Positions 11,745 to 22,218 of a DNA stretch of 40,565 bases are shown here, piece after piece. The notes beneath the pieces are model-generated. The model was not told where the DNA came from, did not search any database, and saw only the letters and a program-made list of their open reading frames with translations. The stretch covers positions 2,993,167 through 3,033,731 of the forward strand of contig NC_057750.1 in assembly GCF_004010195.1 (NCBI RefSeq). Reading direction: 5' to 3'. Made by a program: the position numbers and the translations under genes. The DNA comes from Chiloscyllium plagiosum. Taxonomy: Eukaryota. How positions within the stretch are numbered: the first letter of the stretch is position 1; each line of letters starts with the position of its first letter.

Positions 11745-11878
11745 GCGAAAGTGAGGACTGCAGATGCTGGAGATAAGAGTCAAGATCAGAGTGGTGCTGG
11801 AAAGGTGCTGAAGAGGGTTCTGAAGAGAGTGTGGAGCAGGAAAATCGACGTTTCGGACAAAAACCCTTCATCAGGAAT
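11745..11878 (-). mobile_element. PLE family A copy with HHR core (11844-11877, minus)
   Basis: rc TTC-CTGATGA-A-GGGTTTTTGTCC-GAAACGTC-GAT; TSD CAGCTAATAGCATAG / CAGCTAATGGCACAG (11730-11744, 11879-11893). Confidence 0.85.
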
Positions 11879-12241
11879 CAGCTAATGGCACAGCCAGCAG
11901 AAGTCAGACATATCACGGGTGGAGGCTGAACCAAGTAAGTTACAAGGATGATCACAGAGAACATGGGGACATTGGGATCTTGGATGATATAAAATGATCT
12001 TAAAAATTTACCAAGCGTAGGGCAAGAATGACATAATCTTAACACCTTGCGCTTAACCTGTGAGTGACTACCTCGCTGAGAGTGCAGGTAGCGTGTGGCA
12101 TGGTGATACTAAGTAAGAGTGACAATTTAAACATTCTCTTTGCTCCAGATTAAAGAGCTCTGATTAAAATGCTGAGTACAAAAGCTCCAAAAGTACACAA
12201 GCTTTTCTTGTTTCACCTTCTTTTGCAGAGGGTGGAGAAGG

Positions 12242-12742
12242 GCCTTTATTCCTGATGAAGGGCTTTTGCCCGAAACGTCGATTTCGCTGCTCCTTGGATG
12301 CTGCCTGAACTGCTGTGCTCTTCCAGCACCACTAATCCAGAATCTGGTTTCCAGCATCTGCAGTCATTGTTTTTACCTCGTTGGTTTTAACCCTACTGCG
12401 AATCCTCTTGCAAGGATGCCTGCCTTGAAGAAGTTTTCCTCCTCTCTCTACAAGAATCTCAGGGAGTCCCTCTCCCACTGCAAATCCTAGGTCATTTCCT
12501 CTGCCTTGAAGCTCTTCAACCATGTCGTGAAACAAACTCAACTCTATGCTACTTTCTCCCCACCCCTACCCTCCTCTAGCTTATCTCTCCACGCTTCAGA
12601 CTCTCTGCCTTTATTCCTGATGAAGGGCTTTTGCCCAAAACGTCAATTTCGCTGCTCCTTGGATGCTGCCTGAACTGCTGTGCTCTTCCAGCACCACTAA
12701 TCCAGAATCTGGTTTCCAGCATCTGCAGTCATTGTTTTTACC
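12242..12742 (+). mobile_element. Internally deleted PLE (family A subfamily) with two direct 136-bp HHR-bearing repeats
   Basis: 12242-12377 and 12607-12742 are 134/136 identical; spacer has ATG at 12416 (MPALKKFSSSLYKNLRESLSHCKS*VISSALKLFNHVVKQT) then a pyrimidine-rich segment. Confidence 0.88.
12249..12282 (+). ncRNA. Minimal type I hammerhead ribozyme motif (family A), intact core
   Basis: TTC-CTGATGA-A-GGGC-TTTT-GCCC-GAA-ACGT-C^GAT; predicted cleavage after 12279. Confidence 0.75.
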
Positions 12743-12960
12743 ACATCTAAGGCAGACTGGGTTAGGATGGCACATTTCCTTTCCTAAAGGAACATTTAGT
12801 AAACAGATGGATTTTTAGAGCAGTCCAGTAGTTTTCTGGTCACCAACACGGATACAGCACTTTTTCTCAGATTTAGTTAATTGAACTTAGCTTTTCTGTT
12901 ATGATTAGAGGCCACAGCTCTGGGCAAGGGGGTCTGGTAACCTAACCATTGTGCTACCAC
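12743..12960 (-). mobile_element. Degenerate copy of the 11023-type SINE
   Basis: AGGATGGCACATTTCCTTTCCTAAAGGAACATTTAGTAAACAGATGG is the reverse complement of the core at 11170-11240. Confidence 0.55.
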
Positions 12961-13234
12961 CCCACACTACTTCCAAACCTGACAGAACTCACGCCTTGCA
13001 CAATCACATCAATCATACTTCAACTTCCATGACATACAAGGTCACATACAGATTGCAGTAAGCAAGCGCTCAGTTACAAAGTAGTTTTTGGCATTGAATT
13101 CAGGAAACTATGCATGCAAAAATGCAGAAGTATAAGAATACACACTTGGGAAGGAGAATGTACGCAAAGATCCAGAGAAAGAGATGTGCAGTGGTATGCT
13201 GGGCTTTCATTTTGTAAATGCTTTAGTTAGGACA

Positions 13235-13572
13235 GGCAGCTTGGTGGCTCAATAGTTAGTACTGTTGCCTCACAGAGCCAGGGACCCGGGGTCAATTCCA
13301 CCTTCAGCGACTCTGTGTGGAGTTTGCAAATTGTGCCTGTGTCTGCGTGGGTTTCCTCTGGGTGATCCACTTTCCTCCCACGTTCCAAATATATGCAGTT
13401 TTGCTGGATTAGCCATGCTAAATTGCCCATAATGTCCTGGGATGTGTAGGCTAGGTGGATTAGTCATGGGAAATAGGGTTATAGACTAGAGTGGTAGGTC
13501 TGGGTTGGGTCTTCGGAAGGTCAGTGTGGACTGAATGTCTGAATGGCCTGTTGCCACACTGCAGGGATTCTA
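13235..13572 (+). mobile_element. HE1-type V-SINE, full length
   Basis: GGTGGCTCAATAGTTAGTACTGTTGCCTCACAG...TGTGTGGAGTTTGCA...GTGTCTGCGTGGGTTTCCTCTGGGTG...CCACACTGCAGGGATTCTA. Confidence 0.9.
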
Positions 13573-13825
13573 AAGAAAATGTTTACTTTATCCACATCCA
13601 CTTGTGAAAATCTGAAAAAGAAGCATCAGTCTACACAGTGAAGTGTGGAAAACACAATACCCTTACTTAGAGTTATATTCCCACTGCTGGGTCAAAATTC
13701 TGGAAGTCCTTCCCTAACAGCACTACATGCATTCTATCTATATCCCAAGAGAGAACAAAAATTGTATAAGAATTTAGGGTGAGTTAGAGAAATCCGTTAT
13801 CACAACTATATAAATCAGTCCATTT

Positions 13826-13896
13826 AAAGTCAAAAAGTGTGGTGCTGGAAAAGACCAGCAGGTCAGGCAGGATCGAGGAGCAGAGTCAATGTTTGA
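13826..13896 (-). mobile_element. PLE family A fragment
   Basis: GTGTGGTGCTGGAAAAG..CAGCAGGTCAGGCAG; perfect 10-bp TSD CAGTCCATTT (13816-13825, 13897-13906). Confidence 0.8.
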
Positions 13897-14340
13897 CAGT
13901 CCATTTCTCAGGAAACAATATGATTGCTGAGACACAGACAAACCCCCACAGTCTTTGACAATCCAAAAGGGGAAGAATAAATTCAGGGATTTTTTTAAAA
14001 TATTGAAACTATTGCATTGGACATTATTTAATAAGTGGGAGAGAAAACTACTTTAAATGCACACAATTTATCCATTAATCTTAACTTTACTACACTTTTA
14101 GATTAACATTAATCACTGCAAATTGCTATAGTAAAGCTTCCCCATTCAACTTTACAGTGCCAACTGTCAGAGTGTAGCCCTGGGCTCTGATGTATTTTTA
14201 AGCCTTACATACATTAAATAGCCATAGGGTTGATTAATAGATAGCTGCTTTAAAGATACTGGCTCAACCATAATGGAACAAATGGCCTCCCTTCTATCCG
14301 CTCTGCAATTCAAATCAGCTTTAGCCAATTAAGAATTTTT

Positions 14341-14490
14341 AACTGAAAACAACAAATGCTGGAGATCACAGCCGGTCAGGCAGCATCCATTGAGGGAGTA
14401 AGCTAATGTCTCGAAATATCTGACCTGCTGTGATCTCCAGCATTTGTTGTTTTCAGTTCAGATTCCAGTATCTGCAGTAATTTGCTCCTA
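14341..14490. mobile_element. Fold-back PLE (family D-related) remnant, HHR cores lost
   Basis: 39-bp inverted arms (14341-14379 / 14420-14458, 1 mismatch) plus tail CAGATTCCAGTATCTGCAGTAATTTGCT. Confidence 0.75.
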
Positions 14491-14678
14491 AAAATGTTTA
14501 GCTGATGTTTTCAATGTCACTGCTTCAGGGCAACTCTCTGCCAGCCATGTCAGAGAGAACAGTATACCCGATGTAGCTGAATTCCATTCAGTTACAAATA
14601 CAGTTTGTAAGCATTACATTGACACACCAAATTTTCATTTCCCTAGGGGGAAATAAAGAAGTTAGGCTACACCTTCAT

Positions 14679-14767
14679 CCAATGAAGGGTCACTCACTGA
14701 AACATCAACTGTTTCTCTCCAAAGAAGCTGCCTGACTTACTGTGTTTCCAGCATGCTCATTTTTATT
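14679..14767 (+). mobile_element. Decayed PLE family D remnant
   Basis: CCAATGAAGGGTCACTCACTGAAACATCAACTGTTTCTCTCC...GCTGCCTGAC. Confidence 0.55.
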
Positions 14768-15365
14768 ACCCTCAATTAACAACAGGGTGCAGCTTAAACA
14801 TGTGTTGAGAATTTTTAAAGATGGAAATATTAACTCAGTAGAAATTATCAGATTTACAATTCCTTTTCTCTTTGAACTTCAAATATACCTTTTTATGGTA
14901 GTCATTTCATTCCAAAAACAAATTCATTTGCAATAATGCTGAAAATTGTATTTGTTTGAAGAAGTTGTTTTCTCAAAAATCAAGTGTGGTTAAACATGTT
15001 ATTGGAATCATGACTGACAGCAAATTGCACCAGTTCAAATAGAGTTGCTGAAGCACAAATCTGCAGCATTGCTGTAGAATAGCAGGATACTTGGAACAAA
15101 ACCAACTACAGCACTAAAATCAAAACATTGACTGCCTTGATGTATTGAACCTGAATTCCAAATGAACATGGGGCATGTAGGGTAATTAATTGCACATTGC
15201 CTGTCACGGCTTATAAACGTAGGGGACAATGAAGAGAAATCTATTCTCCTCAATAAACATTCACTTTAAGGAGCAGAGGAAGATTTATGTTGAACATTTC
15301 CCTCCCATGCTAGTTCAGATTTCACACTCACCTCTTTGGCCTGTACTGATCTAGAGAGTGTGGAG

Positions 15366-15689
<324 letters not shown>

Positions 15690-16128
15690 TTTAACTCCAT
15701 GTAATGACTGATGAAGTCACAGGGCAATCATCTCACCATTCAGATTGCAATGATTTTCTTTTCCCAGATTATTAGATTGAGAAACTGCAGTGCCAAGGAA
15801 TGGAATATTTACCCATTTTGCAGATACTTGGAGCCAGCAAGCACTCCGAGCACTAGTACAAAAAGGTGAGAAAAGTGAAGATGCAGGATCTTCTCTAATT
15901 AATTATCTGGACTCAAGATGACTCTCAAATTACACTTCATTCTCCCTGTTCCCATAACAGCTCAGTACATGTTAGCACATTCCCATTATCCGTGCAATCA
16001 GATAATGTTATTTTTAATCAATCTTGACTGATGGTAATCATGATTTGGAGGTGCCAATGTTGGACTGGAGTGTACAAAGTCAAAAATCATGCAACACCAT
16101 GTAATATTCCAACAGGTTTATTTGGAAG

Positions 16129-16163
16129 CACTAGCTTTCGGAGCACTACTCCTTCATCAGGTG
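16129..16163 (-). ncRNA. Minimal type I hammerhead ribozyme motif (family B), intact
   Basis: rc CAC-CTGATGA-A-GGAGT-AGT-GCTCC-GAA-AGCT-A^GTG; stem I CAC/GTG. Confidence 0.75.
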
Positions 16164-16169
16164 GACAAC

Positions 16170-16204
16170 TATCTGATGAAGGAGCAGCATTCCGAAAGCT
16201 AGTG
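16170..16204 (+). ncRNA. Minimal type I hammerhead ribozyme motif (family B), core intact, weakened stems
   Basis: TAT-CTGATGA-A-GGAGCAGCATTCC-GAA-AGCT-A^GTG. Confidence 0.6.
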
Positions 16205-16295
16205 CTTCTAAATAAACCTGTTGGACTATAACCTGATCATGTGTGAGTTTTAACTTTGGCTGATGGTAATACTGACGGGTCACATGCCAGAATGA

Positions 16296-16403
16296 GAGCT
16301 CTTGTGGCACAGTGGTTGTATCCCTACCTCTGGGCCAGGATACGCAGGCTCAAGAACCACTCACTCCAAATGTTTGCAAGAATATCTCGACTAGAAAATA
16401 TCT
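16296..16403 (+). mobile_element. Short (about 110-120 bp) tRNA-derived SINE
   Basis: CTTGTGGCACAGTGGT (A-box), GGCTCAAG (B-box-like), end TAGAAAATATC shared with the 16654 copy. Confidence 0.6.
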
Positions 16404-16442
16404 GGAACATAACGTAAGATATGCACATTTCAGGATACGGGT

Positions 16443-16516
16443 AGTGATGTGGCTTAGTAGGTTTAAGCACCTGCCTAATAAATAGGAGATTCTGAGTTCA
16501 AATCTCAGTATCTTTC
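16443..16516 (+). pseudogene. tRNA-Thr(AGT)-derived pseudogene; anticodon now reads AAT
   Basis: GTGGCTTAGTAGGTTTAAGCACCTGCCTAATAAATAGGAGATTCTGAGTTCAAATCTCAG aligns without gaps to recalled vertebrate tRNA-Thr(AGT); T-arm CTGAG/CTCAG intact, acceptor stem decayed. Confidence 0.75.
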
Positions 16517-16653
16517 TTCCTAATTAGTCCTTCGATGAAGCTGGCCATAGAAAAGTAGCTGTGTCACGATGCTTGCAATGAAAATGAAAGTGCAATTATT
16601 CTTCTTTCTGCATAAGCCAAGAAGTAACCAAGACCTGTCAGAGATAGAGACCT

Positions 16654-16771
16654 GAGGCTTTTGTGGCACAATGGTAGTGTTCCTATCTCTAGCCCAGGAA
16701 ACCCACATTCAGGTCCTACCTACTTCAGAGATGTGTAAGAACAGACCCGAACAGACTAATTAGAAAATATC
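16654..16771 (+). mobile_element. Short tRNA-derived SINE
   Basis: TTGTGGCACAATGGTAGTGTTCCTATCTCT...TTCAGGTCC...TAGAAAATATC. Confidence 0.6.
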
Positions 16772-16790
16772 AATGGCAGAATAAGACCTA

Positions 16791-16885
16791 GGGTGCTTGT
16801 GATGGAGTGGTAGTGTCCGTGCCTCTGAGCCAGAGGGCCTGGGTTCAAGTCTCGCTTCTGGGCTGTGTAATAACATTTCTGAACA
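16791..16885 (+). mobile_element. Short tRNA-derived SINE, 3' end split off by the CR1 (resumes about 18410)
   Basis: GAGTGGTAGTGTCCGTGCCTCTGAGCCAGAGGGCCTGGGTTCAAGTC...TCTGAACA | GTTGATCAAAAATAC. Confidence 0.6.
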
Positions 16886-18408
16886 TAGTGTCATAGTATG
16901 GAAACAGACCTTTTAGCCCAACTTGCCCATGCCGACCAGATATCCTAAATTAATCTAGTCCCACTTGCCAGTATTTGGCCCATGTCCCTCTAAACCCTTC
17001 CAATTCATATACCCATCCAGATGCCATTTAAATATTTACCAGCCTCCACCACTTCCTCTGGCAGATCATTCCATACATGCACCACCCTCTACGTGAAAAA
17101 GATGTCCCTTAGGTCCCCTCACCTTAAACTATGCCCTCTAGTTTTGGACTCCTCCCACCCCATGGGGGGAAAGACTTGTCTATTTATCCTATCCATCCCC
17201 CTCAAGATTTTATAAACCTCTATAAGGTCACCTCTCAGCCTCCAATGCGCCAGGGAAAATAGCCCCAGCCTATTCAGCCTCTCCCTGTAGCTCAAACCCT
17301 CCAATGGCAACATCCTTGCCAATCTTTTCTGAACACTTTCAAGTTTCACAACATCTTTCCTATGGAAGGGAGACCAGAATTGATTGCAGTATTCCAACAG
17401 TGGCCTAACCAATGTCATGTACAGCTGCAACATGACCTCCCAACTCCTCTACTCAATACTCTGACCAATAAAGGAAAGCATACCAAACGCCTTCTTCACT
17501 ATTCTGTCTACCTGCAACTCTACTTTCAAGGAGCTATGAACCTGCACTCCAAGGTCTTTTTGTTCAGCAACACCCCCGAGGACCTTACCATTAAGTATAT
17601 AAGTTCTGTTAAGATTTGTTTTCCCAAAATGCAGCACTTCGCATTTATCTAAATTAAACTCCATCTGCCACTCCTCAGCCCAGTGGCCCACCTGATCAAG
17701 ATCCCGTTGTACTGAGTTAGCCTTCTTTGCTATTCACTACATCTCCAATTTGGTGTCATCTGCAAACTTACTAACCATACCTCCTATGTTCACATCTAAA
17801 TCATTTACGTAAAATGACAAAAAGCAGTGGACCCAGCACCAATCCCTGTGGCACTCCAGTCTGAAAAACAATCCTCCTCCTCCACGTCCATCCTCTGTCT
17901 TCTACCTTCAAATTAGTTCTGTATCCAAATGGCTAGTTCTCCCTGTATTCCATTTGATCTAACCTTCCTAACCAGTCTACCAAGGGGAACCTTGTCAAAC
18001 GTCTTAATAAATTTCATATAGATCATGTCCACCACTCTGCCCTCAACAATCCTCTTCATTACTTCTTCAAAAATCTAAATTAAGTTAGTGAGACACAATT
18101 TCCTATGCACAGAGCCAAGTTGACTATCCTTAATCAGTCCTTGCCTTTCGAAATACATGTAAATCCTGTCCCTCAGGATCCCCTTCAATAACTTGCCCAC
18201 CACTGACGTCAGGCTCACTGATCTATAATTCCCTGGCTTGTCCTTACCACCTTTCATAAATAGTGGCACCCATTAGCCAACCTCCAGACTTCTGATACCT
18301 CACCTGTGGCTCTCGACGATGCAAATATCTTAGCAAAGGAATCGCTTCCCTAGCTTCCCACAGAGTTCTAGGGTACACCTAATCAGGTCCTGGGGATTTA
18401 TCCACCTT
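16886..18408 (-). mobile_element. 5'-truncated CR1 LINE, ORF2 reverse transcriptase pseudogene plus 3' UTR
   Basis: PGNYRSVSLTSVVGKLL, KFADDT (rc of about 17752-17769), WQMEFNLDKCEVLHFG, KDLGV, LVRPLLEYC..WSP, RLRGDLIEVYKI; multiple frameshifts and stops. Confidence 0.96.
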
Positions 18409-18574
18409 TGTTGATCAAAAATACTTAATGTCTCAGTGATAGACCATTATTTTATTTCACTTTACCACGAAAGTCAATCACTGAACATAGTCACAAGAGG
18501 CTGCCAATACACTTTCAACAAAAGAAAAACATAAAACTAAGTTAAACTATACAAGACAGGCAGGATGGTAAAGA

Positions 18575-19390
18575 AAGCATGGTTTCTTTCATTGGACAAG
18601 ACTCTGAACACAAAAGCCAGTATGGAGAGAGTGAGGATGGCAGATCAGAGTTGAGCGTGTGGTGCTGGAAAAGCACAGCAGGTCAGGCAGCATCCGAGGA
18701 GCAGGAGAACTGACATTTCCATCCTGATGAAGGGATTATGCCCGAAACATTGATTCTCCTGCTCCTTGGATGCCACCTGACCTGCTGTGCTTTTCCAGCA
18801 CTACACTCTCAACAAAAGCAGATATGTAATGCTAAAACTATGAGAGATGCAGTTTGGCTACAGCTGGAGTTTATGCACAGTCCTGGTCACCATATTGCTG
18901 GGTACGATACATGTGCTGTACAGAGAGTAGAGGAGGACCCTTTTGCTAGGGTTTGAAATTGCAGCTATGAGGAACAATTTAACAGGTTAAGGTTGATTTT
19001 CTTAGAACAGAAGAGGGATGACTTAATTCAGGTGAACACAATCAAGAGGGGCTTAGACAGAGTGGATAGGGAAGACCATTTCTCCCAGCAGAGACGTCAA
19101 TTATCAGGAGGCACAAATTTAAATCACTTGGAAGAAGGATTGCAGATAACGTGAGGAAAACATCTTTCATTGATAGGGTAATGGGTCTCTAGAATTCGCT
19201 ACCCAATTTGTTAGTCAAGGCAGAAACCATCAACTCGTTTAAGGAGAAGTTGAATTCACACTTGAAGTGCTGGAACGTGCAAAGCTATAAACCAGGGGCT
19301 GAGGAGTAGGATTAGAAATACGTAGCTAGTTTATTCAACTAGCCAGACATAGTGGGCTGAATGGGCTCTTTTTCTTTGCCATAATGTTTC
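18575..19390 (+). mobile_element. Old, degenerate CR1 LINE 3' portion
   Basis: Decayed CAGCTGGAGT..CAGTCCTGGTCACCA, AGCTATGAGGA, GGGATGACTTAATTCAGGT, GGGCTGAATGG tail. Confidence 0.7.
18622..18811. mobile_element. Fold-back PLE family A insertion with HHR (18721-18754, plus)
   Basis: ATC-CTGATGA-A-GGGATTATGCCC-GAAACATT-GAT; inverted arms; flanking ACAAAAGC at 18610-18617 and 18812-18819. Confidence 0.85.
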
Positions 19391-19565
19391 AAATCGAACC
19401 ATAGAAACAATCTCATTGCAACTATCAGAAATAAAGATTCAAGCCTTTTACCCCCACAACATTACAGAACCTTAAATCTCAATGCAGGGTTACCCCAACC
19501 TCCACAGCAAAAGCTTTCTGCAGCTAATACAGATGTTACATTTAATTTTAGCTAGTCCCTGAATT

Positions 19566-19894
19566 CATAGAACCCCTACAGTGTGGAAGTAGGCCACTCG
19601 GCCTATCAAGCGCATATCAACCTTCCAAAGAGCATCCCACCCAATTCTTGTAACCCTGCATTTCCCACAGCTAATCCACTTAGCTTGCACATCCCTCAAC
19701 ACTATGGGACAATGTCCCATGGCCAATCCACCTTACCTGCACATCTTTGGTATGCAGGAGGAAACCAGAGCACCCGGTGGAAATGCACACAGACATGGGG
19801 AGAATGTGCAAACTCCACACAGGCAGTGGCCCAAGGGTAAGATCGAACCCAGGTCCCTGGTGCTGTGAGGCTGCAGTAATAATACCACTGCGCT
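19566..19894 (-). mobile_element. HE1-type V-SINE
   Basis: CCCTACAGTGTGGAAGTAGGCC tail, V-domain GGGAGAATGTGCAAACTCCACACAG, B-box rc GATCGAACCC. Confidence 0.88.
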
Positions 19895-21189
19895 GTATTC
19901 ATTCAATGCTATTTTCTTGAGTTAATGTCTCTTCCCGAAACCTTTAAACAAACTATAATAGCTATTACCACTTAACATGGGTTCCTCACATCTTTAAGAG
20001 CTTTGTAGGATGTCTTCCCCTCTGACTCACCCACAAGCCTTCGGTTTCTGATTTCCTACTAAGCAACTCAGGACCTTTGCCCCGGTCCTGGCTGCCTGGA
20101 TTGCTAAAAACCTCTATGAAATCCCTTCCCAAAGTTGCTTAAAAGCAGGAATTATAAGCACTGACCTACCTGTAAACCTCATCAGCCACTTGTCCACAGG
20201 CCAGCCACTTCTATATATTAATCCTTCTGTTTCCTATTAGCAGTGTAATTGGTTATTAATTCCATGAGCTTTAACCTCTCGTTTCATTACATAGGTTTGT
20301 CAAATGCTTTCTGGGACCCTTGTTAGCAGACTGTAGATTAGTGAAGCATGACTCCAAGCTTCCTAATCTATGGTGACAATTTCTACAGAGCCCTCTGGGC
20401 AAGGACCAATAGCACGTTTCAAAATTTTCTCAAGCATTTTCCACACCACAGAATGCAGGCCATTCGCAGCATAGTCTTCCAGCTACCACTCCTATGTTTT
20501 TCCATCCAGATCTATGTCTTTTTGGTCCCATGTTTCTAGGTTTTCCCATTCAAAATCTAGGATTGTTGTATCCCACAAAAGATCCTGTTACATATGTATT
20601 TATTCATTTAATTTGGAGCTAATCTATGCATTTCATAGATTATCACCAACTGACTAAATTTGTTCCCATTCCATGGTGATCATGCCGATGTTGGGTAGAA
20701 TAGATTTGTTATTGGATATGATGTTCAAGACCAGTCCATGCACAGACCCAGCAGCTATTCCCATTTTGGTTTGGAAATTAAGACATCTCGTTGAGTTGTC
20801 GTCGAGTTACATTTGTATAGGTTTTTTCACAAGATGAAAAAACCATAGGCATAAAAGCGAGGTGGTATATTTTAGTTGTTCATGTGAAATTGTTCTGAAA
20901 AACAACTTTGATTACTTCATAATATTATGGACGAGTCACACAATATAACCATGTCAATATGATAGTATCTAGGGATAGCCAAGGTTTAAACTGTCTACGA
21001 AATCTAGGCACTGAGTAGATTTTTCTCAAAACATACCATGGCAACACTGCTGCTGCAAACCGGGGTTGGAAGTCCATGTAGATGGAAAATAAATTAGCAG
21101 GGACATTACATTTAAACTCTCCATATCACTTCCTTCGTCCTTTGCTCTGGGAACCCTCACAATCTGTGCCACCTGTGCCTTCTCCCCCC

Positions 21190-21375
21190 GCCCTCTGTCA
21201 AGAGCATAAAAACCACCACTTTCCAGCTCCTTTCACTTCTGAAGAGGGGTCATAGCTGATTCAAGATATCAATGGTTTCTCTCTACAAAAAAGATGCTGT
21301 CAGATCTGCTAGGTTTCTTAAACACTTTTTGTTTTTATTTCAGATTTCCAGTATCCATGGTATTTTGCTTTTATT
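21190..21375 (+). mobile_element. Decayed PLE family D pLTR
   Basis: TTCTGAAGAGGGGTCATAGCTGATTC...AGATGCTGTCAGATCTGCT...TTTCAGATTTCCAGTATCCATGGTATTTTGCTTTTA (rc match to 33295-33335). Confidence 0.6.
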
Positions 21376-22071
21376 GCACTTCACTTCAGTGCACTCTATA
21401 ATCTTCAGAATTACACTTCCCACTATTAAGAGTATGTGGACTCAAAACTACTTTGCCTCAATGGAAAAGTGGTCATATAAATACAGCCTAAATACAGTAA
21501 CCACAGTCCCACCCATGAGAATGTTAGGGTGTATACCATCTTCATAGCACATTGGTTACTAATGTCTACTTATGTTGTAGACTCCAGAGCCAAAATGTCT
21601 GGACACAAGCCTTGACCGCAGTTCTAATTGTGCTGAGCTTAGTCCACACAATTTCCTCAGCCTCTGTAGTACCGCTTCCGAAGTTAAAACCCAAGGAATC
21701 CATCTGATCTCCACAAGGCTGTATACAGCTTGGGTATCTAACTCTGGGTCACTTATGCTGCTGCTTTTTATATGCTGCAAATTTATACAGGATGTTTTTT
21801 TTAATTAGTTCAAACTGATCCACAAATATTTAGAGCAGCAAACACAATCACAGGCAAAAAAAACTACAGAAAATCTCAGATTTATGAACATCTGATTTAC
21901 ACAAAGTTACTTATGGATTACAATCCCATACAGGAGTGTAATTTTAAAGACCATACAAACATCTCCAGTACTTATGAACAATTGCTTTACATTGTCTTGT
22001 ATTGTGTTACGACCTAAATTGACTTGTGAACAGAACTTGTTTGCAACTTGGGGGCTGCCTCAATACGGTAC

Positions 22072-22218
22072 AATAGTCACAGAGGTCCAAGGCACAGAAA
22101 AAGGCCCTTTGGCCCATCAAGTCTGCACTCGCCAAAAGCAAGCACTTAATTATTCTAATCCATTTTTGACCACTTGGCCCATAGCCTTGTCTGACTCGGC
22201 ATCGCAAGTGCACATCTA
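22072..22218 (-). mobile_element. CR1-type 3' tail fragment
   Basis: GCACAGAAAAAGGCCCTTTGGCCCATC...CACTTGGCCCATAGCCTTG. Confidence 0.55.

Larger units (their letters stand above)
16039..16255. mobile_element. Fold-back PLE family B insertion with one HHR on each strand
   Basis: Inverted arms centred near 16167; TSD TTGACTGATGGTAAT / TTGGCTGATGGTAAT (16024-16038, 16256-16270). Confidence 0.9.

Noticed and set aside
20820..20844. 10-bp hairpin GGTTTTTTCA-caaga-TGAAAAAACC
   Set aside because: Low-complexity A/T stem, expected by chance; no supporting context.
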